A stretch of DNA of 64,000 nt from NCBI RefSeq assembly GCF_000002865.3, contig NW_001865085.1, positions 6,256-70,255 of the forward strand. The letters are read 5' to 3'. Made by a program: the position numbers and the translations under genes. A model generated the notes under the pieces. That model was not told where the DNA came from. It saw nothing but the letters and a program-made list of their open reading frames with translations, and ran no database searches. This DNA is from Monosiga brevicollis MX1 (taxonomy: Eukaryota). Below are positions 1 to 15,330 of this stretch, one piece after another (position 1 is the stretch's first letter; every line of letters starts with the position of its first letter).

Positions 1-519
1 CCCCCTCCCCAAAATGTGTATATGCCACGTCGTGCCCAGCTCACCAGATCCCTGTGACCGCCTTCTGCTATTGATGCCTTGTACAGACGCTGTACATTCT
101 CAGCAATGAAGTGCTGGCATCCACAACCCTCTCAAGCTTACGGCAGGTCGATGGCGCCGTTTACATTGTTCGTAAAGCGATTCAAGCCCTTTTTCTGCCG
201 TGAAATGCCTTTTTTTATCCTGTGATTGCGAGCACCTTTTTGTTGCTTGCAAGAGACTCACCCTGCCCCTCTTGCTCTCTTCAGTTCAACAACCCTTTTG
301 CCTGTTACCCCTACCGTATCGACTGGTCCCGGCTGGGTGCCTTGGCGGCTCCTGGTGTCTATGACTCCCTGTACCCCATGTCAACGCTGGAGACGTCGCG
401 ATGGGTGGATATGACCGGACTTGCGGCCACCTCAAGCGCCTACGTCGAATACTGCCAAAGTTTGTACTAAAGACTGCAAACTTTGCTCGTTTATGCGTAC
501 GGCCAGTGCGTTGGATCTG

Positions 520-564
<45 letters not shown>

Positions 565-2116
565 AACGCCCGACCTGCATCGTTATTTCTTTGCCAGGCC
601 ATACCCCCTGCCATGAAATCTGTGGACCAATTGGCACCGCCACCTGCTGGGGACCAGGGGCAACGCAGTGTCAGCGTTGCACGTCCCCGAACCTCCTTCT
701 CGCCTACAACGGATCTTGTGTTGCCGCCTGCCCTGACGGGTATTATGCAGATGATTGGATCTGCCAACCTTGCGTCAACGATTGTGAAACCTGTGAGGGG
801 CCAGAGCTGGGCGCATGCCTTTCCTGCCCGGTGGACTTTTTGCTTGAGAATGGCCGCTGCAAGTCCGTCTGCACGGGTGACGCAGTGTACGGGAATGTCA
901 CGACGCGCACGTGCGAAGACTGTCATCCGCAAGTGCGTTCCATGCACAAACCTCGCCGTGTCTCGCCCTTCTGCCATTGTTGATCTGTTTCGCCTCCTTG
1001 CTTATATTGCTGGCACTGTCCGACCTCGGCACTGTTACGCCATTTTAGTGCACGACCTGCACTTCGCCTCTATCAACGACCTGTACCCGTTGTGCCGAAG
1101 ACTTTTACCTACAGCCGGCTCCCAACAACACCGTCTGTGCGGCAGAATGTCCCATGGGTTACTATGCTAGTGCACTTGAAGGTTCCTGTTTACCCTGTGC
1201 TGCCGGCTGCCTGGCTTGCACTGGTCCAGCCAACTGCAGGTCAGACCCCCTTTTGGGATCCAAGCCCTTTCTCGCGTGCCGTTCGCCCTTTGTGGCCACG
1301 TGGCTGTCGTCGTGTCTTTATATCGAGCTCAAACATGTCCACTCCGCTCTGATTTTGCTCCCACCCTCTTTGATTTAGCTTATGTGATGTAAGCGCCGAC
1401 ATGTACCGTCTCGTCACGGACGTGGCTCAAGTGTGCCGCCCGGTGAGCCAGTGCGATTCAGGCAGCTTTGCCAGCCAGGCTCCTACAGCCTCCTCGAATC
1501 GTGTTTGTGCCGCCTACACCATCTGCCCGACCGGGGAAAGCTATGTCACCTTTGCAGGCAACGCATCATATGACCGCGTGTGCGAACCTTGCACCACCTG
1601 CGACGAGGGCATGGTCTATCGACTTGGGACCTGTGAAGGCACCACCCCTGGGGTCTGCGTGCTGGAGAACGCCTGCAGTGCCACGCCGTGCGAAAATGGC
1701 GGCGTGTGTTCCCTGACGACATCGGGCGAGTTTCAGTGTGACTGCTCTAACACTGGTTTCTGTGGAACTATTTGTGCTGAGGCATTGCAAGATGATGGCA
1801 CCTGCGCCAGCGAGCTGCGCTCGCGCGCCAACGAGCGAGAAGCATCGACCGCCACCACCATTGGGGCTTCGTTGGGTGGTGTGGCACTGGCCGCTTTGCT
1901 TGTAGCGTTGATTATCGTGCTTTTGCCTTCGAAGCGAATCTCTGGAGCAATGAAAAAGCGCATTCAGGCTCTCAATGGCGGCAAATGGGAACTCGAACGT
2001 GATGACGTTACAAGTGAGTTCAGAGCACGTTGAAGGATGCGTACCAAAGTTGTTCTTCCAATTGCTTTTCTCTTTTTGCGTGATGTTTGCTTCTCTCTCC
2101 ATTTCTCTCTCTCTCC

Positions 2117-2213
<97 letters not shown>

Positions 2214-4279
2214 GGTATGGTGTGCCTTGCAGTTGGTCAGCAGCTGGGCGCAGGCCACTTTGGCACCGTGTCACGCGGGCTTTTGCGCAAGTCTGATGGC
2301 ACTGGGAATATGGATGTGGCCGTAAAGCAACTGAAGCGAGAGGCTGATGTGGATTCGGACGCAGCCGATGAGTTCTTCCATGAGATGAAACTGATGATGG
2401 ATCTCGGCCACCACCAACACGTTGTCAGCCTGGTGGGCGTCTGCACGACGGAAAAGCCCATTCTGATGGTTATCGACTTTGCCAACGGTGGAGATCTGCT
2501 CAACCACCTTCGCGATGCGCGTCCCAATGAGCGCCGAGAAGCCACGCTGCGTGAGGACGACTTTCGGGACTATTGTGCTCAAGTTGCGGCTGGCATGGAG
2601 TTTTTGGCCTTTAAGCGAGTACGTAGCCGCTCAGTCCGACCAAGCATGGTCAGAGCAACGCTCATAAGACTGTATTACTTACTGGTCGTGCTTTAGGTGA
2701 TCCATCGTGATTTGGCTGCGCGCAACGTCCTTGTCCACGATGACGGTAATGGCGTGGTGCTCAAGGTGGCCGACTTTGGTCTTACCGTTCAACTGCGCAA
2801 TGACGAAGAGTTTCGGGTCTGTGAGGATGACGCTCTACCCTTCAAGGTATGTCCACATGGCCTAATCAGTCTGCTGGCTCAAGCGGATGTTGTTCCGTCC
2901 GCACATGATTGACAAGGTGTTGTCTTGACCTCTTTGTGCCGAACTTTCTCCCTTCGGTAGTGGCTGGCCCCCGAGTGCTTCACGGATAAGACCTTTTCTC
3001 AAGCTAGCGACGTTTGGGCATTTGGCGTCCTTATGTGGGAGGTTTACGCGTTTGGCCAGTCGCCTTTCCCAGGCATTCAAAACAATGAGGTGTACGCACG
3101 CTTGGGTGAAGGCATGCGCATGCCACGCCCCGCTGATTGTAGCAAGCAGGCCTACGACATTATGATGCGTTGCTGGAAATTTGATGCTGCGGTTCGTTTT
3201 GGCGCTCCTCGACTGCACGTTTGAATCTGACTCTTGTAGCAACCGTGCTTCTTGTTTTGTTTTTGGTTTTTTGGTTTTTTGTTGTTGTTTTTTTTTTTTT
3301 TATTGTACAGCCATTCTTTGAAAGCGTGAGTACTCACGATGCGTGTCGAAATAGGAACGACCAAGCTTTTCAACGCTACTCAATGAGTTGTCGGCCTTTG
3401 CGGGCAAGAACATGCGCGACTATCGGCACAGTGTCGACATTACCACCTTGGCACGCGCAGCCGTTGATCTGGTATGGAGGGTTTTTGCAATGTCCAGAGC
3501 GGCTTGATTGGGCAGTCTCACAGCCAAACTTTTTGCTTCTTGGCCGGCACACTCGCATGACAGGGTGATGAGGCGTATGATAACACGGGTCTGGTTAGCC
3601 CCCTGGAGGTCATTTCTGAAGAAATGCCCGAGGGCGAGAATGGTGCTCCTTCGCGCTCCAGCAGCGGCTACGTATCGACTCTGACCCAAAATGCCCTCGC
3701 CGCGTATGCAGCTAATCAGGCTCGTGAGAAAGGTATGCGGCTCTGAACAAGAAAACGCTGACCACTGACCACTGAAGTCTGGTCACCAATCCCTGATCTG
3801 TGTTTGGTTCCGCGACTGGCCACAGACACACGGAATGGACAAATGTCCGCGCTTCTGGAAAGCGGGAATGAAGCTGATGCCAGCGCCGTTGCAACACTGC
3901 GTCGCCCCCAAACATCCTTTCAAGATGAAATGCCCAACTACGATTTGGGAAATGACGAAGGCGGCGGTGCGTTCGGTCGACCGACTTTGATCATTTTTTG
4001 TTCCGAAAAAGCAAACCCCCCCCCGAAAAAACCCTAACCCTCACCACCTTCCTCACCGGCACGATGAACGTAGCAGGTACTGGTTCTCAGTCGTTTCAAG
4101 ATGATGAGCCAAGCTATGATATGGGCAATAACGCCGGTCAGTACTCTGGCACGTTGGACCCTAGGTGTCTGTGTGTGTGACTCACAAATCACATCACAAT
4201 GAAAATAGAAGCGGATAATGCACCAGAAACAACTGGATTTCAAGATGAGGATGTTCAATACGATCTAGGCAACGAGTAA
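1..4279 (+). CDS. Receptor tyrosine kinase (5'-partial, multi-exon): L-domain-like segment, furin-like/Cys-rich repeats, EGF, TM, TK domain, Tyr-motif tail
   Basis: Exons encode NNPFACYPYRIDWS (L-domain-like), CHEICG..CWGPGATQCQRC (furin-like), CSATPCENGGVC..FQCDC (EGF) and the TM segment IGASLGGVALAALLVALIIVLL (~1860-1925). Kinase motifs are GAGHFGTV, VAVKQLK, IHRDLAARNVL, KVADFGL, LPFK|WLAPE and SDVWAFG. Stop TAA is at 4277-4279. Internal exon boundaries are approximate. Confidence 0.92.
2120..2211. repeat. (CT)n microsatellite in an RTK intron
   Basis: Pure CT dinucleotide run just upstream of the acceptor at ~2231. Confidence 0.97.
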
Positions 4280-5097
4280 ATGGCGCGCCGCGACGTCGGT
4301 GCTCCGTGCGCAGCCTCCGTGCAGCTATTTAGCCTGCTTCATTGATTTTTGTCTTTGGTATTTTTTTTTTCTGGTAATTTTTGGTAATTTTTTTTAATTG
4401 TGCTTTCCCATTTGTTGTGCGGGGACAAGCAAGGTTTTGGCTTCTAGCCCCGAGTGTGTTGTTGCTTTATGTCGCTGATCTTCTTTTAGGTGTGATGAAC
4501 AATGTTGGGCATTGTGTGCCGTGCTGTTTTTGTGTGTACGTCATTGCCGTGCTGTTGGCTGCTTGCAATGATAATTGTTGCGTGATATCTATCGGCTGGG
4601 CCGGTACCTGCGATGTTTGTGTTTGACCCTGGCTGTTGCTTTTTGACGAGGACCAGAGGACGTTGGTGTCTGGTGCTGGATTTTAAAATCAAGCCCCTTG
4701 TTGGCAATCTCTTTTGTCACGCTCCAGCACGGATTTGACGCTAACATTTTTTAAATCCGAAGGAAGGAAAAAAAAAAAAACTCGATAAAAATGTATCATC
4801 ACGTCGCCAGCCAAGGAAGCAATATTGAGAAATCCACCTGCTGGGCTTCACGCAGCTGTCGATCAACAAGAGCTTGGTCAAGAGACTTTTGGCTCAAGGA
4901 CACTTGAGGCCATTGAAACGCAATTGATTATTCCCGTCAAAAGCTGCTCTTGAAGGCATGAATTCGAATTTTGAAATTTTGAATTTTTGCATTTACAGTT
5001 GAAAGAAGTGAGCTTGAGGCGGAACGTCAGTTTGTTCGAGTCAAGTAGTCGATTAAGAAAAAAGTCCGTGTATCTGATGCATGCTTAACAGAGGTGG

Positions 5098-7758
<2,661 letters not shown>

Positions 7759-8364
7759 GATGAGGACGCGCTCAATTTGGGGTCTAACAGGCACTTTGAT
7801 CACGCTCAACTACTCATCCCTGCTGCCCACAGCAGCCCGTCAACTACCACAAAGGCACAGCCACAGATCAAAGAGAGAGAGAGGGAGGCGAGAAGGAGGC
7901 GAGAGGGAGGCGAGAAGGGAGACGAGAAGGAGGCGAGAGGGAGAAGAGAGGGAGAAGAGAGGGAGGCGAGAGGAGAGGCAGCGGCGCAGTTCGCAGAGCG
8001 GCGAGAAAGCGCGGCGCGCCAAAAGTGAGAGAGAGAGATTGAATTTTTTTTTGCGCCGAAATTGTCAAAAGCAGTTTTAAGCGATAGTATGAATTCTATC
8101 ACACTTTCATTTCAAATTGTCAGCCAAAGCCGTACACGTTCATAAAGTGTGTTGTGTTTCATAGGGTCTCCTCCAAAAACCATAAAGCTGCTTCCGATCG
8201 GATCTGGTGTTATAGGTGTGAGGATGAGGGTGTATGGGTGTGAGGGATTCCCGTGTGTTAGTGCATGGGAACATGTTGATACGTGTGGGAAAGTGTATCA
8301 AGGGGTGTGTACATGACGGGAAGGCGGCAACGGGCATTTTTCTTCTTTCAGTGAACGGAGCAAG

Positions 8365-9545
8365 ATGGCGGCGACCAAGATGGCTCTGATGATGCTGATG
8401 GCGATGGCGGCAGCCTCGCTTGCCCAGCCCCTGATCGAGGCTCACCTGCACATTGCTACCCGCCACGAGCAGGTGGCTGCTGAGGTCAACCAAGCCCAGA
8501 CCAGGTCAGTGATTGCTTGAAACCGCATCGGGCTGCCACTTTGGCAACCGTTTGTGCGTTTTAAAATAAATAATTGGTGGCGCACCCGCATCATACGAGA
8601 CACTTGTACTCATGGTTGACGGATCGCAATGCGAATGCTATCGAAATACCATCTTGCAGCTGGACAGCCGGCGTGAACAGCCGCTTCGCGCGCGCCACCG
8701 ATGACTTTATCAAGAGCCAGATGGGTGTGCTTGAGGGTGGTCCTCAACTCCCCGAGAAGGACATTGCCGTGCTTGCCGACCTGCCCACCGCTTTCGACTC
8801 TCGCGAGCAGTGGGGCTCCACCTGCCCTTCCACCAAGGAGATCCGCGACCAGGCTGCTTGCGGCTCGTGCTGGGCTTTTGGTGCCGTCGAGTCGATGACT
8901 GACCGCATCTGCATCGCTTCCAAGGGCTCTCTGCGCCCCCACATCTCTGCTCAGGATCTGATGACCTGCTGCCTCTTCACCTGCGGCAGCGGCTGCAGCG
9001 GTGGCTACCCCTCGGCTGCCTGGTCCTGGTTCAAGACCACCGGTATTGTCACCGGCGGCAACTACAACTCGAGCCAGGGCTGCCAGCCTTACTCGCTCCC
9101 CAACTGCGACCACCACGTCTCTGGCCAGTACCCCGCCTGCTCTGGTGAGGGCCCCACCCCTGCCTGCAAGAAGTCCTGCGAGGCTGGCTACAACAACACA
9201 TACTCGAACGACAAGCACTTTGGTGCCACCGCTTACTCTGTCGCCGGCGAGGCCGACAAGATTGCCACTGAGATCATGACCAACGGCCCCGTTGAGGGTG
9301 CTTTCACCGTCTACGAGGATTTGTTGACCTACAAGTCTGGTGTCTACCAACACACCACCGGCCAGGTTCTCGGTGGCCATGCCATCAAGATTATCGGCTG
9401 GGGTGTTGAGAGCGGCGTCGACTACTGGTGGGTCGCCAACTCCTGGAACAACGACTGGGGAGACAACGGCTTCTTCAAGATCAAGAAGGGCGTCGATGAG
9501 TGCGGCATTGAGAGCCAGATTGTTGCTGGCATGCCCAAGCTCTAA
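8365..9545 (+). CDS. CTSB: Cathepsin B (papain family C1A), 2 exons (8365-8504, 8660-9545)
   Basis: Signal peptide [33 protein letters not shown] (catalytic Cys), occluding-loop [15 protein letters not shown] (His) and ANSWN (Asn). The GT-AG intron joins in frame. Confidence 0.96.
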
Positions 9546-9820
9546 ACAGCTTGTTTCTTGGTTTTTCCCCCCTCTTTTCTTCCTTTTTTTTTTAAACTTT
9601 TGCGTGCTTGATGTGAGTCCCGAGGCCATATCTCTCTGAGTCTCAATCGAGCCGTTGAATTTCTCAAGAATAACATCTATTCTCATTATGATGCCGTTTT
9701 GGTACCGATGAAGAGCGGCACAACACGATGCCAGCAAGAGAAACAACACGCCATCACCATCATCAATAGAAAGAAGCTTTAGAGAAGAGAGATAGAAGAT
9801 GAAAGGAGAAAAGAAAAAAA

Positions 9821-9867
<47 letters not shown>

Positions 9868-9986
9868 TGACCAAAGAAGAACACGTGTGTGTGTGTGTGT
9901 GTGAAGTGTGTTTCGAGAATGGTGATACTGTACATTGTCAAGTCTTTGAGCTGGATCGGAAGTAGCCCCCTTTCTGGATGTACACG

Positions 9987-10020
<34 letters not shown>

Positions 10021-10244
10021 GCCGTCCTCAGAGCCCCTTGTTTCCGCGGCAGACGTCTCCTTGATTGCGTTTCCAGGTTCGCTTGTCCTCCCGCGCGTGT
10101 GTGTGTGTGTTTTTCCCGGAGGGAGATTTGGTGAGAGGGTGGGCTGTCGCCAAAACTTTCTTTCCCGCTCTCACGACGGCTTCTGGTGCTGCTGCATTTG
10201 CTGGGTACTGTTGTGCCGCATGTTGGAACAGGTGATCAGGCATC

Positions 10245-11660
10245 ATGGTGACTTTTACGTGTGGCGCCTGTGGCGAGTCCCTCAAGAAGAACAAGGTACA
10301 GAACATGCACCTGCCCGCTTGCCCGGTGGCGCATAGCTCATCCCGTCTGCGGCCTCGGTCCCGTGCCGTGCAAAGGTGGAGAACCACTACAAGACCAAGT
10401 GCCCCGACTGCTATACGCTGTCATGCATTGACTGTGGTCGTGACTTTCATGGTGATGAATACGAGCAGCATACGAGGTGGGTATCTCTCCGAGCTGTATC
10501 TGCCATTTGCAAGCGTCCCTCGTCGTGGACCTGATTTGGCTTGGCACCGGATAGCTGTATATCCGAAGAGGAGAAGTATCAGGGCAGTTTATTCAAGGGA
10601 GGCAAATCTCTCAGCAAGGGAAATGCCAAGCAGCAAGCTTGGCTTGAGGTAAGCTGGAATCGACATTCGCTCCACTGATGCCTCGGCCAAGAGCTTCGCC
10701 TACGCCTGACATCGGGTTTCTTGGCTCCCGCAGACGCTTCGCGTTCGCATTGGCGAAGCCAAAGCAGCGCATCCCAACTTGCGCAACACTTTGGATAAGG
10801 TGTGTTTCATGCTTTGGACCATGTGCACGGCTGTATTGTGCACATCCCTGACGAGATGCTTCAAACCCCACCCATCAGCTGGAGGACGCGGCCAACGTCC
10901 CTCGCAAAGAAAAGCCATTCCGCAACTTTGTGCGCAGCAGGTTTGTGTCCTGTTGAATGGGCAGTCGTCACAGACAGTTGAATGCGCTTGTTGCTTGTTC
11001 TGTCTTCTCACTGAACGTCTTGATCATGTGGATAGCTACCGCCTGCCCCCACACCAGATTGATACCCTTTGGAGCGTGTTCAACCCTGCAACGGGCAACA
11101 GCAACAGCAGCAACAACAACAACAACAACAAAAACAACAACAATAGCAACAAGCGGACATCATCCGAGGCTGCTTCTACACCCAAAAAGGCTGCACCATC
11201 CTCATCCTCATCCTCATCCTCCTCGTCTTCATCGTCCTCCTCAGAGGACGAGCAGAAAAAGCAGCCTGCATCGCCCAGTGACAAGAAGAAAAAAATGACA
11301 AAGAAGGCTGCGTCCTCATCCTCATCCTCCTCGTCTTCATCGTCCTCCTCAGAGGATGAGCAGAAGAAGCAGCCTGCATCGACCAGCGACAAGAAGAAGA
11401 AGCTGACAAAGAAGGCTGCAGCCTCCTCGTCTTCGTCCTCCTCTTCCTCCTCGTCCTCAGACTCGGAATCTGAGGACGAGACTTCGAAGAAACAGTCGAC
11501 GCCACAGAAGAAGCAGCTTCAAAAGAAGAAGAAGTCAGACGCTGCTAGTAGCTCATCGTCGTCGTCTTCCTCCTCTTCGGAGGAGGATGAGAGCAAGGCT
11601 AAAGAGGCTAAGGCAACGCCCATCGCCAAATCGTCAAAGCCGGCTGCCTCGTCTTCGTCT

Positions 11661-11701
<41 letters not shown>

Positions 11702-12323
11702 TTCGTCTTCGTCTTCGTCTTCGTCTTCCTCATCCTCCGAACCGGAGGCGGAGGCTCCTCAGCCACCGGCCAAAAAGGCCAAGGCAAAGAAGGAAAGCAA
11801 GCAAGAGTCTAAAAAGAGCAAGAAGGCCGACAAGAAGGAGAGCCAGCAATCAAAGGCAGATGCGGATTCCGAGGGCGCCCCGGCAGCCAAGCGGGTTCAT
11901 CGCGACACCACCGCTCTTCCGTCGATTGTAGCAGAGATTCAAAGCAAGACCAGTGCGTCAGGTATGTTTTGGTGCTGTTTGAATGCCCTGACAGCCGAGA
12001 CCTCATCTGGATTGTGTTGTTCAGTGTCCGACTCCAAGGATAAGAAGGAGAAGAAGGAAAAGAAGGAGAAGAAGGAAAAGAAGGAGAAGAAGGAGAAGAA
12101 GGAGAAGAAGGACCAGAAGGAGAAGATGGAGAAGAAGGACCAGAAGGAGAAGAAGGACCTGAAGGATAAGAAGGACCAGAAGGATAAGAAGAACAAAAAG
12201 GACAAGAAGTCGGAGAAGTCGGATAAGAACGTTCAGAAGAAGAAGGAGAAGAAGGAGAAGAGCAGCGCCAAGTCCGACAAGGAGAAAAAGAGTAAAAAGA
12301 GCAAGAAGGAAAAGAGCCAGTGA
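10245..12323 (+). CDS. LYAR: LYAR-type C2HC zinc-finger nucleolar protein with Ser-rich/Lys-rich low-complexity C-terminus, multi-exon
   Basis: Spliced N-terminus reads MVTFTCGACGESLKKNK|VENHY..CPDCYTLSCIDCGRDF..YEQHT|SCISEEEKY and includes NVPRKKKPFRNF. It is followed by poly-Ser/acidic blocks and (KEK)n/(KDQ)n repeats. Confidence 0.9.
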
Positions 12324-12607
12324 TTGCACGTGTGTTCTTGGGATTGTGTCGTCCCTCTTGTCCTAATTGAACTATTGCGCGGGAGACACTTGACAACGCC
12401 ATCAACTTCCAGATTCGCAAACACGCCTCAGCGACTGCTGCTCCACATGGCCAGATACGAACTGATATGGAAGAAAAGCTGTTCTAAAGTATTTGTGCTG
12501 CAATTAGAGGGATCTATCAAATACACGTTGACAATTAATGGTGGACGACCCGCGTCCCGCCATCACCCTTTTCCAGTAGGGGTTGCCAACGACAAACAAA
12601 GAAAGGA

Positions 12608-14605
<1,998 letters not shown>

Positions 14606-14649
14606 TCATAGGTTGCAAGGCAGGGGTGTGGTGTCTGCGCGCTTTGCAT

Positions 14650-14710
14650 TGGCAGTGCGGTGGTAGTGCAGTGGCAGTGCAGTGGCAGCGCGGTGGCAGT
14701 GCGGTGGCAG
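14650..14710. repeat. 11-bp tandem repeat (TGGCAGTGCRG) x5.5
   Basis: Units tggcagtgcgg, tggtagtgcag, tggcagtgcag, tggcagcgcgg, tggcagtgcgg, tggcag. Confidence 0.9.
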
Positions 14711-15330
14711 CTCCGGTATTGGGTGTTGCCGTTCGCTGTACTAAAGCATAACTCCGACTGAAGCCACACAATTGGTGAAATCCCTGTTTTACTCCAAATT
14801 CTCAAGGCGTGTGTGTCTCTTACTGTGGGTAGCAATCTGCTCGTTTCTCTGCATGCGACTCTACTATGGTTCTCTCTCTCTGTTTTCTTTTGGTTTTGCA
14901 ACTCTACATCTGATTTGCTGTCTCGGTTTCTTCTCTGTCTCTGCCTCGCTGTCATGTTCCGCTCTCTCTCTCTCTCTTTCTTCTCTCTCACTCACACACA
15001 CTCTCTGTCTCTCTCTCACATTTTCCTCGTCGTCAGTGAGCACGGGGAACGGGACGGGGCGTCGTGGGCGGGTCCTTGTTGACCTGTGTGCGCATCGGGA
15101 TCTGGGTTGAGGATCGCTGGGACGCATCTCTTTGGGGGTGGGGGCCAGTGGAAAAGGGTGGAAGAATGGAATGGCAGAGGGGCAAGGGCGTTATCTTGCC
15201 GAGGTGTTGTTCCTCTCACACGTGCGCGCCGTTTACTCGACAGGACAGGACAGGACAGGACAGGCTGGCTGCACTGTCGTTCCCGACTCCCACTGCACAG
15301 TTGATCTTTTTGTAGGCCAGTGGCGCTACC

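Noticed and set aside
1566..2325. ORFs with poly-(RE) or poly-(SL) tracts, also at 5772-6642, 33791-34111 and 35463-35879
   Set aside because: These are translations of (GA)n/(CT)n microsatellites, not proteins.
8610..9941. 443-aa minus-strand ORF
   Set aside because: It is the antisense shadow of the codon-biased cathepsin B gene. The same applies to 17818-18603, 48168-48788 and the + strand ORFs over the cadherin.
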